Below are positions 7,820 through 17,486 of a stretch of DNA of 24,563 nt, piece after piece. Position 1 is the first letter of the stretch; the number at the start of each line of letters is the position of its first letter. Under the pieces are notes generated by a model. That model saw only the letters and a program-made list of their open reading frames with translations. It was not told the origin of the DNA and made no database searches. The DNA is taken from positions 1 through 24,563 of the forward strand of contig JBDQPD010000049.1 of NCBI GenBank assembly GCA_040260805.1. The letters run 5' to 3'. The translations under genes were made by a program, and so were the position numbers. This DNA is from Myxococcota bacterium. Its GTDB lineage: Bacteria > Myxococcota > UBA4151.

Positions 7820-8720
7820 TTCGAAGGTCAGGCTCGAGCGTCAAATTCAGGCGTCCATAAAGGCGCGCGGCGACACAATCCACGAGCTCTAGGACCTCGC
7901 GTGCCGTCGCACCCCCAAGATTGATGATCGTATCTGGGCTCCCGGCGGGAATACCCACCTGCCCCATCGACAGCCCTGCTAAGCCGACTTTTCGAACCGC
8001 CGGAGCGGCGCTCGAGCCGTCGGCTAAACGCAGCGCGCTGCCTAGATGCTGATATTTGGGCGCCCGACTCTGCAGCAGCATACGACGCGCCTCGACACGA
8101 TCAGCGATGCCGCCTTCATCGAGAATCGCCGGACCACGAATCACCACCCGAGTGATGGCGCCAAGCTGCTCGGGCAGATCATCTAAGCAGGTGACCGTAC
8201 CGATGCGGCCTGCGAGATCGACAAACTCGATCCGGTCGATCAAACCGCTGATCATCTCTTGTTCGTGGCTGCTCGCACGCATCAAAGCGGCACCGAGCTG
8301 CCCCTGAAGACAGGCGATCGGCGATGGGTCGATGCGCGCTGCGAGACACGCCTCGATGACTCGTCCGACTGCGCAGGCGCCGCCAGCAGCGAGCCCTCCC
8401 GCTTCGGGCGTCAAACTGTTCAGCGCGCCCTCAAGCCGGATCGCAAAGCCATCAAAGCCCCAGTCGCCGATCAGCAGGCACAGACCGTCATCCAAAACGA
8501 GCGTCTCCACTTGATCGCGACGGGCGAGCAGAATCATCTGTGCCAGCTCGCCGGCACTGCTCGCTCGACCAAAGAGCGCCGCAGGGCCACCAATTCCAAT
8601 GCTGCTGTAGTGACTCAGCGAGATCCCGCGCTGGACCCGAAAGCCGAGCTGGCGCTGAAGGGAGCTCATCCAGTCATGAGTCGGTAAGATCGTCTGCGCT
8701 AAGCGCCCAGGATGGCTCAC
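7803..8720 (-). CDS. murB: MurB-like protein (UDP-N-acetylmuramate dehydrogenase fold) with degenerate motifs, 305 aa
   Basis: LSHYSSIGIGGPAALF, GS in LGSAL, IINLGGATAREVLELV, LEPDLRIVG; syntenic after murC with GTGA overlap. GxGSN, GIPG.xGG, NAGA, YR and HANF are not conserved. Confidence 0.8.
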   Translation of the reverse strand: MSHPGRLAQTILPTHDWMSSLQRQLGFRVQRGISLSHYSSIGIGGPAALFGRASSAGELAQMILLARRDQVETLVLDDGLCLLIGDWGFDGFAIRLEGALNSLTPEAGGLAAGGACAVGRVIEACLAARIDPSPIACLQGQLGAALMRASSHEQEMISGLIDRIEFVDLAGRIGTVTCLDDLPEQLGAITRVVIRGPAILDEGGIADRVEARRMLLQSRAPKYQHLGSALRLADGSSAAPAVRKVGLAGLSMGQVGIPAGSPDTIINLGGATAREVLELVDCVAARLYGRLNLTLEPDLRIVGGF

Positions 8721-10108
8721 GAGGAAGCCTCCAATACTTCACAGATCGTCGGCACCTGACGATCGATATCGCCGGCACCAAAGACCAACACAACGTCACC
8801 GGCCTTCGCCTCGGTTGCGAGTTGACGAGCGGCGCGCTCTGCGCCGCCCAAGAAACGAACACTGCGATGACCGTGAGCCATCGTATCTTCCGCAAACCGT
8901 TGCTCGGAATAGCCCTCGATCGGCGACTCACTTGCCGCGTAAACCTCGCTCACGACGACATCAGAGGCGAGATCGAAACAGGCTCCAAATGCTTGCCATT
9001 GATCACGGAACCGAGACCAGCGATGGGGCTGGAACAAGACCCGGACGGCTCGCTCGGGCCAGGCTTGCTTGGCAGCATCAAGGACGGCAGCGATCTCGGT
9101 CGGATGATGCCCATAGTCGTGCACCACCGTCACGCCACCAAAGGTCCCTGCGATCTCAAAGCGCCGGCCGACGCCTCGAAAGCCCTCGAGCGCTTCTTTA
9201 ATCAGTTCAAACGGGACCCCAAACTCATCGGCGGCGGCGATGGCTGCGAGCGCATTGAGCGCATTGTGGCGACCAGGAAGCGGCAGCTTGACCGAGCCCT
9301 TCGCCGCGCCACGGACCACCACACCAAAGCAAACACATCCGTCCTCATGATGGATCGCGTCCGCTCGATAGTCGGCGCTGGCAGACACCCCATAGGTCAC
9401 ATAACGCCTGCTCAAGTCGGGCAGCATATCGCGCAAGTGCTCATCATCATGGCAGAGGATCACTAAGCCATAAAATGGGACTGAGTTCGCAAAGTTCAAG
9501 AACGCTTTTTTAATCGAATCCATGCCGCCAGGCCAGGTCTCGAGGTGATCAGCACCTTCGAGATTGGTGATCACAGCATAAGTGGGTGACAGCGTCAGGA
9601 AGCTCCCATCGCTCTCGTCAGCCTCACAGACTAAGTAGCTACCCTTGCCGTAGCGGGCGTTGCTGCCCAAGCTCGCAAGCACGCCGCCATTAATGACCGT
9701 GGGGTCAGCTCCGCCATGCGTGAGGACGTCAGCGACCATCGACGTGGTCGTGGTCTTACCATGCTGCCCAGCGATACAGATACCGCTCTGCAGCCGAAGC
9801 AGCTCGGCGAGCATTTCGGCGCGCCGGATGACCGGGATCCCATGCTCACGGGCACGGATCACCTCAGGGTTACTCTCTGGGATCGCTGTGCTGACGACAC
9901 AGACACAGGCGCCCTCTACGGCTTCGGCAGCATGAGGCACGGTGACCGTAAGACCCTTAGACCGTAATCGCTCGACGTTAGCGCTCGGGTGCATGTCCGA
10001 TCCAGTGACCTGAAAATCCTGAGCGTAAAGCACCTCAGCGATACCGCTTTGTCCGATACCTCCGATGCCCACAAAGTGGACTCGCTTTACTTTCCGCCTC
10101 AAGCCCAT
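8717..10108 (-). CDS. murC: UDP-N-acetylmuramate--L-alanine ligase, 463 aa
   Basis: HFVGIGGIGQSGIA, GSD, RRAEMLAEL, AGQHGKTTTTS, EADESDGSF, GVGRRFE, DYGHHPTEI, FQPHR, GAGDI. Confidence 0.97.
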   Translation of the reverse strand: MGLRRKVKRVHFVGIGGIGQSGIAEVLYAQDFQVTGSDMHPSANVERLRSKGLTVTVPHAAEAVEGACVCVVSTAIPESNPEVIRAREHGIPVIRRAEMLAELLRLQSGICIAGQHGKTTTTSMVADVLTHGGADPTVINGGVLASLGSNARYGKGSYLVCEADESDGSFLTLSPTYAVITNLEGADHLETWPGGMDSIKKAFLNFANSVPFYGLVILCHDDEHLRDMLPDLSRRYVTYGVSASADYRADAIHHEDGCVCFGVVVRGAAKGSVKLPLPGRHNALNALAAIAAADEFGVPFELIKEALEGFRGVGRRFEIAGTFGGVTVVHDYGHHPTEIAAVLDAAKQAWPERAVRVLFQPHRWSRFRDQWQAFGACFDLASDVVVSEVYAASESPIEGYSEQRFAEDTMAHGHRSVRFLGGAERAARQLATEAKAGDVVLVFGAGDIDRQVPTICEVLEASS

Positions 10109-11214
10109 GTGATGTCACTCCCCACACCCGTAAGATCGGCCAACTCGCTGACAATTTTACGTGCAGCCTCAGGTTTTGCGACGCGACGCGCCGCGTGACC
10201 CATCGTCTGCAAGATCGCGCGATCTTCTAGCAGGTCGACTAGGGTGTGGCCAAGGCTTGAATTGAGCTCATTTTGCGGAATTAAAATCGCCGCATTTTGA
10301 TGCACCAATTCCAACGCGTTGTGCGTCTGGTGATCATGAGTAGCCTGCGGGAAAGGCACGAAAATTGCCGGCTTTCCCGCAATTGCCATCTCGGTAACCG
10401 TCATGGCGCCACTGCGGCAAATGCACAGGTCCGACCATGCGTATCGAGCCGCCATGTCGGTCATGAATTCGACGACCTCGGCGCGCACCTGCGACCGCTC
10501 GTAGGCTTTGGCGATCAACTCAACGTCCCCTTGCCGGCCACATTGATGCACCACCTCAAGCTCGGAGCGCTGAGCAGCATCGAGCGCCAACAAGGCGGGT
10601 GGCACATGATCGTTGAGCGCTTTAGAGCCCTGTGAGCCACCCATCACTAAGAGTCGGATGCGCGTCCCTGCCTGAGCGGTAGCCTCGCCTTGCAAGGCTT
10701 CAAGCTGCGCAGCACGCACCGGGTTACCGAAGCGGCGAATCTTACGCGCAGCGAACCAAGACTCGCACTCTTCAAAGTGGGTAAAGACCCGCCGCACCAA
10801 ACGAGCAAGAATACGGTTGGTCACGCCAGGCATTGCGTTTTGCTCAAGAATCGCTGTGGGGACACCGAGGATCCACGCCGCCAAAACCGTCGGTCCGCTG
10901 GCGAACCCTCCGGCACCGACCACCACATCCGGGCGGAAGCGGCGAACGATTCCCATCGCCTGAAACAAAGCCAAAGGCAGACGCATCATCCCGAGAATTT
11001 TACGCCAGCCTCTCAAACCAACGATCCCAGAGACTTCGATCGCCTCAAATCGCTCACCCGCCGCAGGCACGGCGTGCGCTTCAATGCGGTCTGCGGTCCC
11101 CACAAACAGCAAGTCGGCTTCGTCACCAAAGGCGAGTCGCCACGCTTCACCTACTGCCATTGCTGGAAACAGATGCCCACCGGTGCCACCGCCGGCGAGC
11201 AACAGGCGCTTCAT
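10099..11214 (-). CDS. murG: Lipid II GlcNAc transferase MurG, 371 aa
   Basis: GGGTGGHLFP, GGFASGP, EQNAMPGVTNR, GNPVR, GGSQGS, RSGAMTVTE, HQTHNA. Confidence 0.97.
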   Translation of the reverse strand: MKRLLLAGGGTGGHLFPAMAVGEAWRLAFGDEADLLFVGTADRIEAHAVPAAGERFEAIEVSGIVGLRGWRKILGMMRLPLALFQAMGIVRRFRPDVVVGAGGFASGPTVLAAWILGVPTAILEQNAMPGVTNRILARLVRRVFTHFEECESWFAARKIRRFGNPVRAAQLEALQGEATAQAGTRIRLLVMGGSQGSKALNDHVPPALLALDAAQRSELEVVHQCGRQGDVELIAKAYERSQVRAEVVEFMTDMAARYAWSDLCICRSGAMTVTEMAIAGKPAIFVPFPQATHDHQTHNALELVHQNAAILIPQNELNSSLGHTLVDLLEDRAILQTMGHAARRVAKPEAARKIVSELADLTGVGSDITWA

Positions 11215-12332
11215 CGTTCGCCCCAGGCTTGCTCACGTCCGATGCGCAACAACAGACCGAACAAGATACCAGTCGCCACCAAGCTTGAGGTCCCTACGCT
11301 CACCAAGGGCAAGGTCAAACCTTTGGGAGGAATAGCGCCCGATACGACCGCTAGGTGAATCAACCCCTGCAAACCGATCACCACACCACAGCCAGCAGCC
11401 ACCAACCCTAAATCTGGCTCATCCGCCAAATGAGCTAAGCGCAAGGAGCGGCCGATAATCAGGACAAAGAGCATCGCGAGCAGACCAAAGCCGAACAGTC
11501 CGAACTGCTCAGCGACCACGGCGCCGATGAAGTCATTATGCCCTTCTAAGAGGTGCATAGGTCCCTGACCACCGCCCAATGGGCTACCGGCTAAACCGCC
11601 ATCAGAGATCGCCATATAGCTCGCACGCAGGGCAGCGCTGGCGTCGAGGCAGGCTCGGAGCCCATCCGCTGAAACCGACTGGCAAAATGGATCAAGCCAT
11701 GCGTTGACGTAGCGCATGCGGTGCGGCGCCACAGCGATTAGGGCGACGACCCCAGCAACCCCAGCTCCGATGATCAAGAAGATGTGCCGCAACTTGGCTC
11801 CGGACAGGAACCACATGCCGCCGAGCGTCATCACGATCACCAGTGGCGTCCCGAGATCTTTAGTCGCGACCATCAAGCCGATGATCGCGACGGCGACGAC
11901 ACCGTACACGCCTCGGGTCCATCGATCCCAGCTTCCCCACTCGGTCAGTATTCTCGCCGCCAGCAGCATCAGCGCCGGCTTGGCGAGCTCAGCTGGCATC
12001 ACGAAGATCGGTCCGACCTTCATCGACCGCCTTGCGCCGTTTTTCAAAACCCCAATGTCGGTGAACAAGGTCAACACGAAGAGGATCAAGGCAACGCCCG
12101 CCAGCGGCAGCGCAAACTGTAAGAGCGTGCGGACCGGGACCTGGACCAAAATCATGCAGGCAAAAATGGCGAGCACCAAGCCCTGAGCCTGACTGCGCAA
12201 ACCGCCCAAGCCGCTTTGAATACCGGTGGTCGCAAAAACGCTGAGCAAACCAATCCCGGCGAGTACAATGGCCGCTATGACCAAGAAGCGATCACCCCAA
12301 ACTCGATCTTCTGCGAGCGCCAGGCTGCTCAT
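11211..12332 (-). CDS. ftsW: SEDS peptidoglycan polymerase FtsW, 373 aa
   Basis: Multiple TM segments; NGARR, PAELAK, DLGT, HNDFI with catalytic Asp, PPKGLTLPLVS; lies between murD and murG. Confidence 0.92.
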   Translation of the reverse strand: MSSLALAEDRVWGDRFLVIAAIVLAGIGLLSVFATTGIQSGLGGLRSQAQGLVLAIFACMILVQVPVRTLLQFALPLAGVALILFVLTLFTDIGVLKNGARRSMKVGPIFVMPAELAKPALMLLAARILTEWGSWDRWTRGVYGVVAVAIIGLMVATKDLGTPLVIVMTLGGMWFLSGAKLRHIFLIIGAGVAGVVALIAVAPHRMRYVNAWLDPFCQSVSADGLRACLDASAALRASYMAISDGGLAGSPLGGGQGPMHLLEGHNDFIGAVVAEQFGLFGFGLLAMLFVLIIGRSLRLAHLADEPDLGLVAAGCGVVIGLQGLIHLAVVSGAIPPKGLTLPLVSVGTSSLVATGILFGLLLRIGREQAWGER

Positions 12333-13588
12333 GAGTTGACCTGCCCACGCGCCAAGGATGCGAAGTGATCCCCGCGCGCCACGAACGATGAATAAGCGTC
12401 AAAGCTAGCGCACGCTGGCGCCAATAAAATGGTCCCGCCTGAGGGTAATTGGTGGGTCGCTTGGTTGAGCGCTGTGGTGAGGTCGTCGACTCGAGGTGCT
12501 CCGGTCGCCGCTGCTAAACGGTCGCCCTCATCACCAAAACAAATCGCCCGCACGCCGCGCTGCTCAATGCACTGCGCCAATAAACTGTAGTCCTCACCCT
12601 TACCCGCGCCACCCAGCAGAACGACCACATCACCATCGACGCGCTCTAGACTCGCGATCGCCGCAGCCACATTGGTGGCCTTGCTGTCGTTGACATAGGT
12701 TAGCCCCTGTCCCTCAGCCACCTTTTGAGCGCGATGCGGCAGACCGGCAAAGACCGCCGTGGCTTGCTGCATCGAGGCGTCGTCGGCGCCTGCACACCTC
12801 GCCGCAGCAACAGCCTGCGCCAGATTTTCCAAGCCGACCTCGCCGGCGAGCGCTGCGGTGCGCTGCCAACCCATCACCTCAGTCATTGGGTCGGGTAAGG
12901 CGCGACCACCGATGCGTCCCCTGCCCTCGATCCGCTCCACAGCGCCAAGGTCATAGGGTAAAACAGCGCCAGCCTCTTTGGGCATCTGCTCAAAGATCGA
13001 CCATTTGGCTAAATAATAATCATTTAAGGAGGGGTATCGATCGAGATGGTCTGGAGCTAAATTGGTCAGCACTGCGACGCGCACATCGAGCTTGAGTTCG
13101 AGTTCGAGCTGATAACTCGAGCATTCGACGACCAGCCACTCAAAGTGCTCGCCATTGAGCGCCATATCCGAGGCAGGAACTCCGACATTCCCAGCGCAAC
13201 CCACAGCTCGGTCTGCCGCCTTGAGCATGGCGGTGATCAGCTCACACACGGTGCTCTTACCGTTGGTTCCGGTCACCACGATCGTAGGCGGCAGGTCGGG
13301 CGCCGCAAAACTCAATTCAGAGACGATCCGAACACCCGCCTCGCGCAGTCGCTCCGCCAGAGGGCTCGCGAGTGGAACCCCGGGGCTCCATACCGCAAAG
13401 GCGACATCCGACGCGTCGCCGTGCCAAACAGAAAAGCCGTCCTCGGCTGCGCGCAGTTCCGCTTGCTCGTTGTCATCATAAACCCACAAGGGGCGAGGGT
13501 CACCGCGCCGCACATGCAGGCGCGCAGCGGCTAAACCGCTGCGCCCACAACCGACGATCAAAACGCCCTGTCGCCCAGACTCAACCAT
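12329..13588 (-). CDS. murD: UDP-MurNAc-L-Ala--D-glutamate ligase (~419 aa)
   Basis: GCGRSGLAAA, SPGVP, VTGTNGKSTV, GNVG, ECSSYQL, PDHLDRY, LPHR, NDSKATN, APACASFD. Start moved to ATG 13588 (TGATG with the mraY stop). Confidence 0.96.
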   Translation of the reverse strand: MVESGRQGVLIVGCGRSGLAAARLHVRRGDPRPLWVYDDNEQAELRAAEDGFSVWHGDASDVAFAVWSPGVPLASPLAERLREAGVRIVSELSFAAPDLPPTIVVTGTNGKSTVCELITAMLKAADRAVGCAGNVGVPASDMALNGEHFEWLVVECSSYQLELELKLDVRVAVLTNLAPDHLDRYPSLNDYYLAKWSIFEQMPKEAGAVLPYDLGAVERIEGRGRIGGRALPDPMTEVMGWQRTAALAGEVGLENLAQAVAAARCAGADDASMQQATAVFAGLPHRAQKVAEGQGLTYVNDSKATNVAAAIASLERVDGDVVVLLGGAGKGEDYSLLAQCIEQRGVRAICFGDEGDRLAAATGAPRVDDLTTALNQATHQLPSGGTILLAPACASFDAYSSFVARGDHFASLARGQVNS

Positions 13589-14733
13589 CAGCGAATCTTC
13601 AGCAAAGCGACGGCGGCGAGCGCTAAGACGAGGGACAACAGCCACCAACGAATAACGACCTTCGTCTCCGCCCAGCCACCCAGCTCAAGGTGGTGGTGAA
13701 AGGGTGCCATCCGAAACACGCGCTTGCCGGTCCGCTTGTACCAAAATACCTGAATGATCACGCTCAACGCATTGAACAAGAAGAGGCCATGAAGCACTGC
13801 CGAGAAGAGCTCCTTACGGGTCATCACCGCCAGCATTCCAAGCGCACCGCCCAAACCGAGTGATCCCGTATCGCCCATAAAGACGGATGCTGGGTGTGCG
13901 TTGAACCATAAGAACGACATGCCGGCGCCGAGGAGCGCGGCAGCGACCACCGCAGTCTCTTCGAGACCGGGCACGCGGAGAATTTTAAGGTAATCGGCTA
14001 GCACCACAGCCTGCGCCGGGTCACCGACCCCCGAAGGTGCGCCAGCGCTACCCCAGTCCGTCACAATTCCCAGGGGTGTTCCGGCGACGTAAGCCAAGGC
14101 CAACAGCGTCGCCGCCGAGATGAGCACCGGACCGATCGCTAAACCGTCAAGCCCGTCGGTCAGGTTGCAGGCGTTGGCGGTACCCACCACCACAAACCCA
14201 CCAAACAAGACGGCGCCGATGACCCCTAGATCCGGCTGCCATGAGGAGACAAAGGGGAGATCGATCCGAGTCGTCATCCCTGACTCAGTCAGCCAATAAA
14301 TAGCGATGAAGGCGACTAAGAATTCGGCGAGTAAGCGGATCTTTCCGCTTAACCCTTTGGTGTCTTGGTACTTCATCTTTCGCCAGTCGTCGTACCAACC
14401 GATCAAGGCAAACAGGGTCATGACGGAGAGCAAGACGAGGACATAATGGTTCTGGAGGTCGCCCCACAATAAGGTCGAGACGATCACCGCGCCCATGATC
14501 AGGCTGCCGCCTGCGGTCGGTGTTTTGGACTTCGTCTCAATATGGTGCGCGACCCCATCATCACGAATCGGCTGGGTACCGATTGCGGTCAACCGTTGGA
14601 TCACTGCCGGGAACAACCACAAGGCAAAGACCAAGGCGGTCAGCGCCGCCATGATCATGCGGAAGCTGGTGTATCGAAAAATATTTAGGAAGCCATAGTC
14701 ATGGTGCAACGGATACAGCAGCGAGTAGAGCAT
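13588..14733 (-). CDS. mraY: Phospho-N-acetylmuramoyl-pentapeptide transferase, 381 aa
   Basis: KTPTAGG, GWYDDWRK, NLTDGLDGLA, WFNAHPASVFMGDTGSL, MAPFHHHLEL. Confidence 0.97.
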   Translation of the reverse strand: MLYSLLYPLHHDYGFLNIFRYTSFRMIMAALTALVFALWLFPAVIQRLTAIGTQPIRDDGVAHHIETKSKTPTAGGSLIMGAVIVSTLLWGDLQNHYVLVLLSVMTLFALIGWYDDWRKMKYQDTKGLSGKIRLLAEFLVAFIAIYWLTESGMTTRIDLPFVSSWQPDLGVIGAVLFGGFVVVGTANACNLTDGLDGLAIGPVLISAATLLALAYVAGTPLGIVTDWGSAGAPSGVGDPAQAVVLADYLKILRVPGLEETAVVAAALLGAGMSFLWFNAHPASVFMGDTGSLGLGGALGMLAVMTRKELFSAVLHGLFLFNALSVIIQVFWYKRTGKRVFRMAPFHHHLELGGWAETKVVIRWWLLSLVLALAAVALLKIR

Positions 14734-16052
14734 TAGCTTCGTTCCCTTAGGGCATCGAGGATACGCTCCATGCGTGCTCCGCGGCTGCCTTTAATCAGAA
14801 TAAAGGCTGGGCGCGGCAGACCCTCGATCTGCTTCGTTAGATCGGTCGCATCGGCGCCCACTGTTACCTCAATCGCTTCATGACCCTCTGCTTCGGCTAA
14901 AGCGAGCGACGCGTAAGGGCCTGCAAACATGAGAAACTTTGCCCCGACCAAGAGGGCGTGACGGGCGACCTCACGATGCGCTCGCTCTGCATGCTCACCA
15001 AGCTCTCGCATCTCGCCGAGAAACACGACCAAGGGGTCGTCGCCTGCGGCTTGGGCAGCTGAATTGAGTGCGGCGATCATACTCGCTTGATTGGCGTTGT
15101 AGCTGTCGTCCATGACGCGCCAGCTACCGATCTCGACAATACCACCACGCCCTGGCGGAGGATCGAGGCGAGCGGCTTGGATCACCTTGGAGTCGATCGC
15201 CATCTCAAGAGCGCTCAGCGCAGCGAGCACTTTGGCTCCATTGGCTACCAAGTGAGCCGGCGCGCCGCCCCACCCTTGGGCTTGGGTAAGATCTGGGAGC
15301 GGCATCACCTTTCGACCGCTTTGCGCAGCAGCCTGCGCAAGGCGGTTATCGGTGGGATCAAAGACCGCACTACCCGAGCCCTGATACGCAGAGCGCAACA
15401 AGTCACCCTTTTCATGAGCCACGCCCGCCTCATCGATCAACAGCTCGGTATGGGCGGCGCAAACGCTCGTGACCATAGCAACGTCGGGACGGCACAGCGC
15501 GCCGAGCCGAGCGATCTCACCAGGCTCAGAGGTTCCGCATTCGATCACGATCAATTCGCGAGCGGATGCCGCGACCGGCAGGTTCAAAATGAACCGCGGC
15601 ACGCCGATACGATTATTTTCATTACCTACCTGTGTGTGCACCAAGTAGCCCGCTGCCTCAGCGGCTTGAACCATCGCTAAACGGGTCGAAGTCTTTCCTG
15701 CTGATCCGGTGATGGCGACGACCTTGCGGGGCTCTACAGTCAGCGACAATCGAGCCAGCTCGCCCATAGCATACAGGGTGTCTTCTACCCCAACCACAAG
15801 CAGCTCTGGATGGCGACGCGCCAGGTGAGCGGCGCGCAGGCGGTGGACGAGCAAGACGCTAGCGCCTGCATCGACGGCGGCATCGACAAAGTCATGACCG
15901 TCAAAGCGCTCGCCGGCGAGCGCGACAAAAAGATGGTCACTCAAATCGGATCGTGTGTCGGTCCCTACACCGTTAACGAACGCAGGCCACGTCCCGAGCG
16001 CGGTCCAGCCCAAGGTGCTGCACGCCTGACGAACGATAGAGACAGTCAGCAT
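14733..16052 (-). CDS. murF: UDP-MurNAc-tripeptide--D-Ala-D-Ala ligase, 439 aa
   Basis: FVALAGERFDGHDF, AITGSAGKTST, NENNRIGVP, DDSYNAN, GEMRELG, KGSRGARME. Confidence 0.95.
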   Translation of the reverse strand: MLTVSIVRQACSTLGWTALGTWPAFVNGVGTDTRSDLSDHLFVALAGERFDGHDFVDAAVDAGASVLLVHRLRAAHLARRHPELLVVGVEDTLYAMGELARLSLTVEPRKVVAITGSAGKTSTRLAMVQAAEAAGYLVHTQVGNENNRIGVPRFILNLPVAASARELIVIECGTSEPGEIARLGALCRPDVAMVTSVCAAHTELLIDEAGVAHEKGDLLRSAYQGSGSAVFDPTDNRLAQAAAQSGRKVMPLPDLTQAQGWGGAPAHLVANGAKVLAALSALEMAIDSKVIQAARLDPPPGRGGIVEIGSWRVMDDSYNANQASMIAALNSAAQAAGDDPLVVFLGEMRELGEHAERAHREVARHALLVGAKFLMFAGPYASLALAEAEGHEAIEVTVGADATDLTKQIEGLPRPAFILIKGSRGARMERILDALRERS

Positions 16053-16055
16053 GGC

Positions 16056-17486
16056 TTAGGCTCCCATCAACCGACGCAGTTCATGTCGGTCATCAAAGGG
16101 CAAATACTCGCCACAAACCTCTTGGGTTTGCTCGGCGCCCTTACCCGCAACAAAGAGCAAATCATCAGGACCACACAGTGACCAAGCGAGCTCAATCGCT
16201 GCTTTGCGATCGACCACTCGAGCCCAGCCTGAGCGGGTCTGGGACAGCTCTGCTGCTTCCCTCTCTGGACGCTCAAAACCGCGCACGATATCAGCGATGA
16301 TCCGACCTGGATCCTCGCTGCGAGGATTGTCTGTGGTGACCACCGCTAGATCGGCTGCTTGCTCCACCGCACAAGCCATCTCAGGTCGCTTACCTCGATC
16401 CCTTTCGCCACCCGCCCCAAAGACCACAATAAGTCGTCCTGAGCACTGCTCACGCAAGGCCTGCAGCGCTTGCTTGAGTGCGTCGGGGGTGTGTGCATAA
16501 TCAACCAATGCTCGATCGCCGATCGGCTCAAACCGACCCGGAACCGGCTTAATTAATTCGGCTGCAGCGACGACCGTTTCAAGGTCAAAGCCTTCGCTCA
16601 ACGCCAGCTCGAAAGCCAAAGCCAAGTTCTCAAGCATCAGTCTACCGATCAGAAGCGTTCGGCCGGTCAGTCGCTGAGCACCTTTAGTGGCTTCAAACAG
16701 GGTCCAGCCGTCGCGTCGGCCCACCGACTCAAGGCTCAGGCCGTCAGTGCCTACGAAGCGCACACCAGGACGCGCCGCCATTCGACCGCTCAGACGGTCG
16801 GGCGCGATCACTACGGCGTCCTTGGAGAGGCTGTCTAACCAAGCCAACTTAGTCCGATGATAAGAAGTGACATCGCCATGAAAATCGAGATGATCGCGCG
16901 CCAGCGTCGTCAACATCCCCGCGCTAAAGTCGACCGCGGCTACTCGGCCTAAGGCGATCGCATGAGAGCTGACCTCCATCACCAAACGCTTGGTTCCGTC
17001 ATCAGCCATTCGAGCCATCAAGGGATGCAATACCGAGGCTGGCGGTGTCGTATAACCAGGGCGCTCATCGACGCCAGCCCACTGGACCCCAAGGGTCCCT
17101 AGTCGGGCGCAAGTGCCCGCTTCAAGGGCGTTGAGCAGCTCACTCGCTAGCCATGCCACCGACGTTTTTCCATCGGTCCCTGTCACCCCGAAAACCCGCA
17201 ACTGAACAGCTGAGTTGCCCGCCAGCTTCTTAGCCAAGCTCGGGTAGTCTTGCCGAACATCATTCAACGAGATCCATTGGTCGGCGGCGAGCCCCTCGGG
17301 CGCCACGCCTTGCCCCAAGACCACAGGGGCTCCGTCACGAATCGCAGCACAGGCAAAGTCACGCCCGTCACGACTCTCCGGAGTCGCCGGGGGGAGCGCG
17401 ACAAAGGCGGTGCCCTCGCCCACGGCACGACTATCGATGGTTAAGCGCTCAACACCCATTCGCCGCAGCACCTCAAAAGGACCCAT
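16056..17486 (-). CDS. murE: UDP-MurNAc-dipeptide--meso-diaminopimelate ligase, 476 aa
   Basis: DSR, GVTGTDGKTS, TTP, MEVSSH, RDHLDFHG, DYAHTPDAL, GAGGERDRGKR, DNPR (meso-DAP-type), AGKG. Confidence 0.96.
   Translation of the reverse strand: MGPFEVLRRMGVERLTIDSRAVGEGTAFVALPPATPESRDGRDFACAAIRDGAPVVLGQGVAPEGLAADQWISLNDVRQDYPSLAKKLAGNSAVQLRVFGVTGTDGKTSVAWLASELLNALEAGTCARLGTLGVQWAGVDERPGYTTPPASVLHPLMARMADDGTKRLVMEVSSHAIALGRVAAVDFSAGMLTTLARDHLDFHGDVTSYHRTKLAWLDSLSKDAVVIAPDRLSGRMAARPGVRFVGTDGLSLESVGRRDGWTLFEATKGAQRLTGRTLLIGRLMLENLALAFELALSEGFDLETVVAAAELIKPVPGRFEPIGDRALVDYAHTPDALKQALQALREQCSGRLIVVFGAGGERDRGKRPEMACAVEQAADLAVVTTDNPRSEDPGRIIADIVRGFERPEREAAELSQTRSGWARVVDRKAAIELAWSLCGPDDLLFVAGKGAEQTQEVCGEYLPFDDRHELRRLMGA

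Noticed and set aside
7803..8720. murB as a pseudogene
   Set aside because: No frameshift or internal stop, normal length and a coupled start, so it is treated as an intact divergent CDS.
8540..9466. 308-aa plus-strand ORF and other plus-strand ORFs across the operon
   Set aside because: Antisense to well-conserved genes such as murC, with no family motifs.
13589..13648. N-terminal extension of MurD in the ORF track
   Set aside because: Lies inside mraY; ATG 13588 gives a TGATG coupling.
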